Source of the DNA: an uncultured bacterium
GTDB lineage: Bacteria; RBG-13-66-14
Length of the DNA: 64,000 nt
NCBI GenBank assembly: GCA_964436465.1
Contig: CAYTCV010000004.1
Coordinates: 1,196-65,195, forward strand
Direction: 5' to 3'
Part shown: positions 1 through 7,568 of the stretch, piece by piece
How positions within the stretch are numbered: the first letter of the stretch is position 1
Layout of the letters: every line of letters begins with the position of its first letter
The notes under the pieces: model-generated
The model's input: the letters and a program-made list of their open reading frames with translations, nothing else
Databases searched by the model: none
What the model was told of the DNA's origin: nothing
Position numbers and translations under genes: made by a program

Positions 1-339
1 GCCGTCCAGGGAAAGCTCGCCGACCACGGCGATTTTATCGCGGCGGACGGCCACCATCTGCCGGGTGGCGATTAAAACCGCCAGGGCGATGGGCAGGTCG
101 AAGGCCGGACCCTCCTTCTTCGTGTCGGCGGGGGCGAGGTTGACGGTGTAGGAGCCCGGGGCGAAGTCGTAGCCGGAATTGCGCACCGCCGCCCGGACAC
201 GGTCCTTGGATTCCTTCACCGCCACGTCGGGCAGCCCCACGGTGAAAAAAGTGGAAAGGCCCGGCGATATGTCGGCCTCCACCTCCACCAGGTAGCCCTC
301 CACCCCGCGCACCGCCGCCGAGAAGACTTTGGCCAGCAT
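1..339 (-). CDS. comM: ComM/YifB family Mg-chelatase-like ATPase, N-terminal part (gene runs off window start)
   Basis: Reverse-strand translation from ATG at 339 (not the frame in the ORF track) gives MLAKVFSAAVRGVEGYLVEVEADIS...GLPDVAVKESKDRVRAAVRNSGYDF...NLAPADTKKEGPAFDLPIALAVL, the conserved YifB/ComM N-terminal domain. Confidence 0.7.
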   Translation of the reverse strand, partial: MLAKVFSAAVRGVEGYLVEVEADISPGLSTFFTVGLPDVAVKESKDRVRAAVRNSGYDFAPGSYTVNLAPADTKKEGPAFDLPIALAVLIATRQMVAVRRDKIAVVGELSLDG

Positions 340-415
340 CGCTTTTTCCCCGCGGATAAAGAATTGGAGCAATTTTACCAGAGCACCCCGCCCGGGGCAA
401 GACGACTTAATAACT

Positions 416-441
416 CTGACACGGATGACAGTTTATGTCAG
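416..441. promoter_or_regulatory. Nested palindrome CTGACA-N14-TGTCAG containing TGACA-N5-TGTCA, upstream of the XRE regulator gene; candidate operator
   Basis: Perfect inverted repeat read directly in the sequence, about 70 bp upstream of the GTG start at 514. Confidence 0.35.
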
Positions 442-513
442 TTGTCTTCGGTAAAGTTAGTGTTGTCATGACTTTGACCGTCGGTATCCCGACGACTAAA
501 CCGAGGAGGTCCC

Positions 514-783
514 GTGAACCACAAACTGGCATTGGGCGTGACCATCCGCCGTCACCGTCAGCGGCTCGGCCTGTCCCAGGAAGGGCTGGCCAAGAGGGCG
601 GGTCTGCACCGGACGTACATCGGCAGCATCGAGCGCGGCGAACGCAACATCACTCTGGTGAACATTATCCGGCTGGCCCAGGGGCTGGAAATGGACATCG
701 TGAAGCTCTGCGAGGAAATGATGACACTGAAGGATAAAACGGACCGGCACATCTCCTCGGCCGTGTCGAACCTGAACCGGTAG
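514..783 (+). CDS. XRE-family helix-turn-helix transcriptional regulator
   Basis: GTG start preceded by AGGAGG. Protein has the HTH_3/Cro-C1 signature LGLSQEGLAKRAGLHRTYIGSIERGERNITLVNIIRLAQGL. Confidence 0.8.
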   Translation: MNHKLALGVTIRRHRQRLGLSQEGLAKRAGLHRTYIGSIERGERNITLVNIIRLAQGLEMDIVKLCEEMMTLKDKTDRHISSAVSNLNR

Positions 784-873
784 GACGGAAACCGCGGCGC
801 CGCGATTCGGAAAAGAAGCGGCGTGTGTTAATCGACCGGATACGAGACGACCCTAAAAAAAGCCCGGTCAGGC

Positions 874-902
874 TTGATTATTCCCCAATAAGGGGCTAGA
901 AT
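874..902 (+). promoter_or_regulatory. Sigma70-like promoter of fur (TTGATT-N17-TAGAAT)
   Basis: -35 TTGATT at 874-879, 17-nt spacer, -10 TAGAAT at 897-902, about 37 nt upstream of the likely fur ATG. Confidence 0.45.
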
Positions 903-908
903 GATGGG

Positions 909-923
909 TGAGATATGTTCTCA
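909..923. promoter_or_regulatory. 15-bp palindrome TGAGATATGTTCTCA just downstream of the fur -10; candidate Fur-family autoregulatory box
   Basis: Inverted repeat TGAGA-N5-TCTCA seen directly, at the classic position for Fur/PerR/Zur autoregulation. Confidence 0.35.
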
Positions 924-938
924 TTTGGGAGGTCCATC

Positions 939-1388
939 ATGGCCATCCCCAGCTACGAAGAGGCCGAGCGCACCTTGCGGAAGTACCTCGCTCTGCGCGG
1001 CCTTCGCTGCACCGTCGAACGTCTCGCCATCCTCAAGGCCGTCTGGGAACACCAGGGCCACCCGAGCGCCGAGGAAATAGCCCGGGAGCTCTCGGGCGGG
1101 TCGCTGTACGTCAGCCGGGCCACCGTGTACCGCACCCTGGACCTCCTGGTCGAGACCGGCCTGTTGACCTGCTCCAGCCTCGGTGAGGGCCACCGGCACT
1201 ACGAAATCGGCGCCGAGCACCACGACCACCTCATCTGCCGCTCATGCGGCCGGGTCATCGAAATCCGCAGCGCCGACATGGAGAAGCTGCAGGACAGGAT
1301 TTGCAAGGAGAACGATTTCGAGAACGTCTCCCACTCACTGGAGATAATCGGCTACTGCTCGCACTGCCGCAACGGCGGCGGGCACTAG
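939..1388 (+). CDS. fur: Fur-family metalloregulator (Fur/Zur/PerR type)
   Basis: Winged-helix N-terminus (SAEEIARELSGGSLYVSRATVYRTLDLLVETGLL) and metal-site motifs HHDHLICRSCGRV...CSHC. ATG at 939 has a GGGAGG RBS; the ORF track starts earlier at 915. Confidence 0.85.
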   Translation: MAIPSYEEAERTLRKYLALRGLRCTVERLAILKAVWEHQGHPSAEEIARELSGGSLYVSRATVYRTLDLLVETGLLTCSSLGEGHRHYEIGAEHHDHLICRSCGRVIEIRSADMEKLQDRICKENDFENVSHSLEIIGYCSHCRNGGGH

Positions 1389-1401
1389 CGGAGGGTGTTG
1401 A

Positions 1402-1430
1402 AAAAGGCGCTCCGGGCGCCTTTTTTTTAT
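1402..1430. terminator. Bidirectional rho-independent terminator between fur (+) and the flavodoxin gene (-)
   Basis: aaaaaGGCGCtccgGGCGCCtttttttt: a GC stem flanked by A- and T-runs. Confidence 0.6.
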
Positions 1431-1449
1431 TAATCCTCAGACGGCGGAA

Positions 1450-1968
1450 CTATCCCAGCTTCCCGGCCAGCTCCCGGGCCCAAACCCGAGCGAGCTCGAA
1501 ATCCCGGTAGTCCAGCGGCTCGTCAGGATTACTGATTCCTTCCTTCTCGGCGATGGACCGCATGATGCCCCGGATGGGGAAGCGGTACCGGTCCATGTTG
1601 CGCATGCCGGGGAAGAGCCCCGGGGTTTCTAAGTTTAGGCCGGGCAGCTTTTGCTTCAGCTTGGGCAGCACCACGTCGTCGAGTTGCCGGCGACCCTCCT
1701 CGGTGGTGGCTGACAAACAGCAGATGAACACGCTGTGCGGCTTTCCCGCCTTGAGCGTCTTCCCGGCCAACGCGCGCGCCTGGCCCAGCCAGCTCCCGGC
1801 GCGCAGGCTGCCGCCCACGACGACAAATCCGTAAGGCGTGAGGTCCCGGGCCTCCTTGGCCGGAAGAACGTCTACCTCATGGCCCGCTTTTTTCAGCTCC
1901 TCGGCGATGACCTCGGCGTAGGACTTCGTCGAACCGTAGCCCGTGGCGTAACCCACCAGAATCTTCAT
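1450..1968 (-). CDS. Flavodoxin-like fold protein
   Basis: MKILVGYATGYGSTKSYAEVIAEEL... flavodoxin N-terminal motif; GAGGAGG RBS upstream. Confidence 0.7.
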   Translation of the reverse strand: MKILVGYATGYGSTKSYAEVIAEELKKAGHEVDVLPAKEARDLTPYGFVVVGGSLRAGSWLGQARALAGKTLKAGKPHSVFICCLSATTEEGRRQLDDVVLPKLKQKLPGLNLETPGLFPGMRNMDRYRFPIRGIMRSIAEKEGISNPDEPLDYRDFELARVWARELAGKLG

Positions 1969-2027
1969 CTTCCTCCTCAGGGCGGGGATAGAACGCCCGC
2001 CTACATTCGGAATACAGCGTTTTATTT

Positions 2028-4511
2028 TTAGCCCTGGACCACGATGGAGACCAGCCGTCCCGGCACGACGATGAATTTTTTCAAGGCTTTCCCGTCGGTG
2101 TAGGCCCGGACCCTTTCGCTGGTGAATACAACCTCACGGACGGCGTCCTCGCCGGCATCCACCGGAACCTCCACCTGGTCGCGGATTTTGCCGTTGATTT
2201 GCACCGCCAGGGTGACGGTTTCAACTTCCAGGGCCGCCTCGTCCCACTCCGGCCAGGGGCGGTCGTGGACCGACTCTTTTTCGCCGAAGCGTGCGTTCAG
2301 CTCCTCGCAGATGAACGGGGCGAAGGGCGCCAGGACGTCCACCAAATCCCGCAGGCAGGCGGCGACCACCGGGTGCGCCTCAGCCGGAACGTCCCCCCCG
2401 GTTTCCAGGGCGTAGATGTCGTTGACCAGTTCCATGGCGGCCGCGATGGCCGTGTTGAAGTGGATGCGCCCAATATCCTCGGTGAACTTCTTCACCGTGG
2501 CGTTCCGCTTGCGGTGTAACGCCCTGAGTGCCCCGGAGAGCGACGCGGGGTCGTATTCGCAGTCCAGCCGCCAGCGACCGTCGAACAGCCGCCAGACGCG
2601 TCCCAGGAAGCGGTAGACCCCCTCCACGCCCTCTTCGCTCCACTCCATCTCCTTGTCCGGCGGCGTGGCGAACAGGGTGAACACGCGCCCGGTGTCGGCG
2701 CCGTAGCGCCCGACGATGTCCTCGATGCCCACCGTGTTGCCCCGGCTCTTGCTCATGGCCTTGCCGCCCAGCGTCACCATGCCCTGGGTGAACAGGCGCG
2801 TGAACGGCTCGGAGAAGGAGAGCATCCCGGCGTCGCGCAGCGCTTTGGTGAAAAAGCGGGCGTACATCAGGTGCATGATGGCGTGCGTGATGCCGCCGAT
2901 GTAGGTGTCCACCGGCAGCCAGTGGTCCACGGGTGCTTTTTCGAAGGGCCGGTCGTCGGGCCGGCTGACGTAGCGCAGGAAGTACCAGGAGCTGTCCACG
3001 AAGGTGTCCAGCGTCTCGACCTCGCGCCGGGCCTCGCCGCCGCACTGGGGGCACTTCACGCGGACCCAGTCCTCCGCCTCCGCCAGCGGTGGGTGGCCCT
3101 TGGGCCGGAAGTTTTCGATGTGCGGCAGGAGCACCGGCAGGTCGTCGTAGGGCACGGGCGCCACCCCGCATTTATCGCAGTGGATGAGCGGAATCGGCGT
3201 ACCCCAGTAGCGCTGGCGCGAAATGCACCAATCGCGCAGGCGGTAGTTCACCCGCCGACGGCCGTAGCCCCCGGCCTCCATCATATCGGCGATGCCGTCC
3301 ATCGCCTCGGCGGAGCTTTTCCCGTCGAAGGGGCCGGAGTCGGCCAGAATGCCCGGCTCCACGTAGGCGTCGGCCATCGTGTCGGCGTCGAGGGTCTCCC
3401 CCGGCGGCATGACGACCGGAACGATTTCCAGGCCGTACTTTTTAGCGAAGGCGAAGTCGCGCGTGTCGTGGGCCGGCACGGCCATCACGATTCCCGTGCC
3501 GTATTCCAGAAGGACGTAGTTGGCCACCCAAATCGGCACCGGGCGGCCGTTGACGGGATTGACGGCGTGGCGCCCGGTGAAGACGCCCTCCTTCTCGGTC
3601 TCGTCGGCGGCGCGCAGGAAACGGTCCTGCGCCAGCACCCGGTCCACGAAAGCCCCGACCTCGGCCTCCCGCTCCGTCCCGGCCACCAGGCGCCGCACCA
3701 GCGGATGCTCCGGAGCCAGCACCACGTAGGTCATCCCGTAAACGGTATCCACGCGGGTGGTGAACACCCCGAAAGGCTCGGCAAAGCCCTCGACGCGCAG
3801 GTCGAACTCGACCCCCTCGGAACGGCCTATCCAGTTCCGCTGCATCGTGCGCACCTCGGCGGGCCAGTCCTCCAGGGTGTCCAGGTCGTCCAAAAGCTCC
3901 TGGGCGTAGTTCGTGATTTTGAAGAACCACTGCCGCAGGACCTTCTGCGTCACCTCGTCCTTGCACCGCTCGCAGCGGCCGCCCACCACCTGCTCGTTGG
4001 CCAGCACGGTCTGACAGCTCGTGCACCAGTTGGCGGTGCTCTCCTTGCGCTCAACCAGCCCCATCTCGAAGAGCTTCAAAAACAGCCACTGCGTCCAGCG
4101 GTAGTACTCCGGCTTCGAGGTGTCCACCTCGCGGTCCCAGTTGTAGGGGATGCCGATGCGCCGCATGGTCTGCTTGAAGGACGCGATGTTCGCCCTGGTC
4201 CACTCGGCGGGGTCGGTGCCGTGCCGGATGGCGGCGTTCTCCGCGGGCAGGCCGAAGGCGTCCCAGCCCATGGGGTGCAACACCTCGTAACCCCGGCGGT
4301 GACGGTAACGGGCGATGACGTCACCGATGGAATAGTTGCGGGCGTGGCCCATGTGGAGCGTACCCGAGGGATAGGGGAACATGTCCAGGACGTAGAACTT
4401 GGGCCTCCGGCCGGTCAGGGGCCGGTCCGGCCGGGCGAAGCGGCAGAAGCCGGAATCCCAGCGCTTCAGCCATTTCGCTTCCACGTCTTTGGGCCTGTAA
4501 GGTTCGGTCAT
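2028..4511 (-). CDS. leuS: Leucyl-tRNA synthetase
   Basis: 827 aa. HMGH (HIGH-class) motif, KMSKS, and the LeuS-specific N-terminal sequence [24 protein letters not shown]. Confidence 0.95.
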   Translation of the reverse strand: MTEPYRPKDVEAKWLKRWDSGFCRFARPDRPLTGRRPKFYVLDMFPYPSGTLHMGHARNYSIGDVIARYRHRRGYEVLHPMGWDAFGLPAENAAIRHGTDPAEWTRANIASFKQTMRRIGIPYNWDREVDTSKPEYYRWTQWLFLKLFEMGLVERKESTANWCTSCQTVLANEQVVGGRCERCKDEVTQKVLRQWFFKITNYAQELLDDLDTLEDWPAEVRTMQRNWIGRSEGVEFDLRVEGFAEPFGVFTTRVDTVYGMTYVVLAPEHPLVRRLVAGTEREAEVGAFVDRVLAQDRFLRAADETEKEGVFTGRHAVNPVNGRPVPIWVANYVLLEYGTGIVMAVPAHDTRDFAFAKKYGLEIVPVVMPPGETLDADTMADAYVEPGILADSGPFDGKSSAEAMDGIADMMEAGGYGRRRVNYRLRDWCISRQRYWGTPIPLIHCDKCGVAPVPYDDLPVLLPHIENFRPKGHPPLAEAEDWVRVKCPQCGGEARREVETLDTFVDSSWYFLRYVSRPDDRPFEKAPVDHWLPVDTYIGGITHAIMHLMYARFFTKALRDAGMLSFSEPFTRLFTQGMVTLGGKAMSKSRGNTVGIEDIVGRYGADTGRVFTLFATPPDKEMEWSEEGVEGVYRFLGRVWRLFDGRWRLDCEYDPASLSGALRALHRKRNATVKKFTEDIGRIHFNTAIAAAMELVNDIYALETGGDVPAEAHPVVAACLRDLVDVLAPFAPFICEELNARFGEKESVHDRPWPEWDEAALEVETVTLAVQINGKIRDQVEVPVDAGEDAVREVVFTSERVRAYTDGKALKKFIVVPGRLVSIVVQG

Positions 4512-4561
4512 GGGACGGCTCCCGGCGACCGCTCGGGGGCGGTCGGTGTTTGCGGCGGCAG

Positions 4562-4590
4562 AAAAAAACCCGCGTCTTGGGCGCGGGTGT
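4562..4590 (-). terminator. Intrinsic terminator inside the leuS upstream region (minus strand)
   Basis: Minus strand reads CCCGCGcccaagaCGCGGG followed by TTTTTTT, 50-80 nt upstream of the leuS ATG. Confidence 0.5.
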
Positions 4591-4776
4591 TTGGTACGTA
4601 AAATCTCCCGCTACCCTCGAATGGTCTCCGGGGAGAGGGAAAGGGGGGTCGCCGAAGACGGGAACTGCGCTCCGTGACGACGCTCGCGACGTGTCTGGAA
4701 ACGGTTCTCCATCATATCGGCAACTCCCGAATACCTCCGAACGAACGATGAAACGAGGCTATTCATGCCCCGGCAG
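4591..4776 (-). ncRNA. Candidate transcribed leader or small RNA between promoter and terminator upstream of leuS
   Basis: Strong promoter (4777-4805) and terminator (4562-4590) bracket about 200 nt with no convincing ORF. Inference only. Confidence 0.25.
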
Positions 4777-4805
4777 AATATAGGTCAAGCTCCGACCTTT
4801 GTCAA
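4777..4805 (-). promoter_or_regulatory. Near-consensus sigma70-like promoter on the minus strand (TTGACA-N17-TATATT)
   Basis: Minus strand reads cTTGACAaaggtcggagcttgaccTATATTctg. Confidence 0.5.
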
Positions 4806-4818
4806 GCCGGGATGGCGC

Positions 4819-5196
4819 CTACTTCTTCTCCTCCTCGTAGATGAGGATGGCGCCGCAGCTTTCGCAGAACTCGATGGTTTCGCCGCGACGCACCAACAGG
4901 GCCCTGCCGCTGGGGACGGTGACGTGGCAGGACTGACACACCCCGCCCAGCATCTTGGATACGGCGTTCTGGTTGTGGCGCTGATAGAAGCGCTGGTAGT
5001 GGACCAGAAGGTCGCGCTTGATTTTATCCTTCATCTCCTCTTTGCCCGTGGCGATTTGCTCCAGCTCCATGCTGATTGCGCGGATTTCCTCGTCGGACAG
5101 GCCCTCGCTGCGGAGGTCCTCCAGGGCGTGGCCCAGTCGGTGCAACAGGTGGTCCATTTCTTGCAACTTAGCTACCAGACGCAGCTGCTCTTTCAA
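4819..5196 (-). CDS. Coiled-coil plus C4 zinc-ribbon protein (COG1579-like)
   Basis: N-terminal coiled coil, then C-terminal CQSCHV...CESCG zinc ribbon. Confidence 0.6.
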   Translation of the reverse strand: MKEQLRLVAKLQEMDHLLHRLGHALEDLRSEGLSDEEIRAISMELEQIATGKEEMKDKIKRDLLVHYQRFYQRHNQNAVSKMLGGVCQSCHVTVPSGRALLVRRGETIEFCESCGAILIYEEEKK

Positions 5197-5499
5197 GACA
5201 CCCCCTTACACGTAGAAGCGGTTCTATTCTAAGGCCGGCTCGGAAAAAAAGCAAGCTGCACCCTCAAATCCGACCTTGACGATAACGGTTTTTTAGGGTA
5301 TTTTTAACCGTGGTGGGTAGTATATACTCTATTTTGGAACATCCGCCTGATGGAACTGTTTCAAACTGCGCACCCGCGGACTGAACAAATTAAACAATTG
5401 AGCTATAATTACGGGCGAAAACAAACCACCCCACCCGGTTCTCCGATAGGCCCCTCGGCGTCTACCGGGATGAGGCGAAAAGTGTTACGGGGGTTTGAC

Positions 5500-6456
5500 A
5501 TGCGAAAGATGCTGTTGACGTTACTGGTCCTGCTGACACTCTCGCCGGCGATTGCCAACGTCAGTGTGTTCAGCGACACGCAAAACCCGCTGGCCGCGCA
5601 GACGGGAAACCGTCCGGCGGGCTGGGTCTATGTCCCCGAGGTCGTCATCTGCGGGGCCCGCATGTTCTTCGCCGCGTCCATGTACAACCACACGGACCTG
5701 ATAGGGAACGATTTCTACGCCAACGACCAGGCCCTGCGATTGGTGTACAACTGTATGACCTACCTCCTCGACCCCGAGGACCAGCAGGTCACTTCGGGGA
5801 CCATCGGCTGCATGGGCGACTTCGACATCCCCAACGGGCTCCAGAGAGAGTATCACCCCTTCCCGCCCTGGGATATCGACTTCATGGAATACCTGGAGGA
5901 AAACCTCACCGGTGTCGGATGCAGCTTCGACCTGGTCCACATCGACAATACCGACCCGCTGGTGGAGGACGGGGAGCCCCTGTACGACATCGTCATGGTC
6001 GGTGATGAGTGGGTACCGAACCGCCTCCACTCCCGTAGCGAGTACTCCGCCTACGTCGGCCTCGGCGGCAAGCTCATTATCGCCGGGACCTGGAACGAGG
6101 TGCCCGACCCAGCCGGCAGGCAGCTCGATTTCCTCCCGAAGAACTCCATCTGGATAAAGCGATTCAGTGTTATGGAGTTCCTCCTCCCCGCCGTGGACCC
6201 CTCGCACCCCATCGCCAAGAACATCAACAATTCGGCCTGGTGGTACGACGTTTACGCAACGCTCGGATTCATCATCAACCCCCACATCTTCGATAAGATT
6301 TACAACTACGACGAGGAGTACTACACGAAGATTTTCGCCGAGCCGGCCGGCTACCCCGACAGCCCGTCCACCCTCGTCCTCGGGGGACAGTGGGTTTGGG
6401 AGGATGAACCCGCCGTCACCGAGACGAGCTGGGGAGTCATCAAGGCGCAGTACTAG
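5500..6456 (+). CDS. Secreted hypothetical protein (signal peptide), unknown family
   Basis: MRKMLLTLLVLLTLSPAIA signal peptide at ATG 5500. The track ORF extends upstream in frame without a better start. W/Y/N/D-rich with no recognisable catalytic motif. Confidence 0.55.
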   Translation: MRKMLLTLLVLLTLSPAIANVSVFSDTQNPLAAQTGNRPAGWVYVPEVVICGARMFFAASMYNHTDLIGNDFYANDQALRLVYNCMTYLLDPEDQQVTSGTIGCMGDFDIPNGLQREYHPFPPWDIDFMEYLEENLTGVGCSFDLVHIDNTDPLVEDGEPLYDIVMVGDEWVPNRLHSRSEYSAYVGLGGKLIIAGTWNEVPDPAGRQLDFLPKNSIWIKRFSVMEFLLPAVDPSHPIAKNINNSAWWYDVYATLGFIINPHIFDKIYNYDEEYYTKIFAEPAGYPDSPSTLVLGGQWVWEDEPAVTETSWGVIKAQY

Positions 6457-6559
6457 CGACCGCAGCCGAAGATAAAAAAGGCTTACAACAAAACGGTGGA
6501 CCTCATCCGCCGTTTTTATATCCCGAAGTCGCCGATTTTCGAACGAGTACCGCCCGCCT

Positions 6560-7522
6560 TTACCACCCCACCGGCTTCCCGCCTTCCAGAACCTTCACGC
6601 CGTCCGCCTCCAGGGTGGGCTCGCGGACGATTCCGTCCAAATGGCTCGCCACGCTCACCGCACCCCCGAAGGTCGAGTTGTCGCCGAGGGCCACGTGGCA
6701 GGTGCCCAGAACCTTCTCGTCCTCCAGGACGTTTCCGGAAACGGTCGCCGTCTCGTTGGTGCCGATTCCCAGCTCGGCCACGTTTCGGGCGTCCCACCCG
6801 AAGGGCGTTATGAGCCGCTCCAGCTCCTCGGCCTCCTCGCCGCCGCGGATTTCCACCACCGACCCGTCGTTGACCACCAGCTCGATGGGGTCGGCCAGGA
6901 GCCCCACGCCGGCCATGGACCCGTCCACGACCAGAATCCCCGCCGCCGTTCCCTCCACGGGCGCCGCGTACACCTCGCCCGCGGGCAGGTTGGCGAAATC
7001 GCCCGGTCGGTGGTTGATTCCGCCGTCGGCGTGAAAAGTCCGCCCCTCGATGGAAAAGGTGAGGTCCGTCCCCGCCGGCGAGCCGAGCCTTACACCTTTC
7101 TTCCCGGCGAGGATGCCGAGCAGGCGCTCGTTGCGCCGCTCGATTTCGTCGTAATCCGCGACGAGGGTCCGCCCCATGACCTCGGGCGTTATCGTCGGCA
7201 GGCTGGCGATTCTCGCCCCGGCGCGGGTGGCGGCCAGCCGCGCGGCGGTGTGGCTGAGGCTTTTGCTGGTGGGCATGATGACCACGTCCGCCCCCAGCAT
7301 CGCCCGGGCCACCGATTCCGGCGGCTCCTCGCCGTGGCTCTCCCGGGGCGTCATTTCGATGATGAGCGGCTCGGCCCCCGCCGCCAGGCAGGCCGAGGCG
7401 AAGAGGGGACCGAAGTCGCGCTGGGGCGTGTCCACAACAATCAGCACCGTCTCGCCGGCCTTCACGCCCATGCACCGGAGCACGGCGATATCGGCGGCCT
7501 TCTTCAAATCGGAGGTTATCAT
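6560..7522 (-). CDS. M29-family aminopeptidase (AmpS/aminopeptidase T-like, COG2309)
   Basis: 320 aa with VLGTCHVALGDN and ELGIGTN motifs typical of thermophilic-type M29 aminopeptidases. Confidence 0.6.
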   Translation of the reverse strand: MITSDLKKAADIAVLRCMGVKAGETVLIVVDTPQRDFGPLFASACLAAGAEPLIIEMTPRESHGEEPPESVARAMLGADVVIMPTSKSLSHTAARLAATRAGARIASLPTITPEVMGRTLVADYDEIERRNERLLGILAGKKGVRLGSPAGTDLTFSIEGRTFHADGGINHRPGDFANLPAGEVYAAPVEGTAAGILVVDGSMAGVGLLADPIELVVNDGSVVEIRGGEEAEELERLITPFGWDARNVAELGIGTNETATVSGNVLEDEKVLGTCHVALGDNSTFGGAVSVASHLDGIVREPTLEADGVKVLEGGKPVGW

Positions 7523-7568
7523 CGGCTCCTCTCGGCCCGGGTTTCAACGTCTGATGCTTCGCTACGGT

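Noticed and set aside
35-400. 121-aa minus-strand ORF at the window start
   Set aside because: Wrong reading frame. The ComM/YifB N-terminal domain is encoded in a different minus-strand frame (1-339) with a clear conserved sequence.
2871-4601. 576-aa plus-strand ORF antisense to leuS, and other long antisense ORFs (e.g. 44641-46512 minus over hutU, 55924-57162 plus over the TPR gene, 35118-36272 minus over the S8 gene)
   Set aside because: Each overlaps a confidently identified housekeeping or motif-bearing gene on the other strand, and has Arg/Gly/Pro-rich composition without motifs. These are GC-driven artefacts.
4591-4776. Leucine-codon attenuation via a leader peptide upstream of leuS
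   Set aside because: The only leader ORF (about 51 codons, MNSLVSSFVRRYSGV...) is not Leu-rich. Classic ribosome-mediated Leu attenuation is therefore unlikely. An RNA-based mechanism or sRNA remains possible (see findings).
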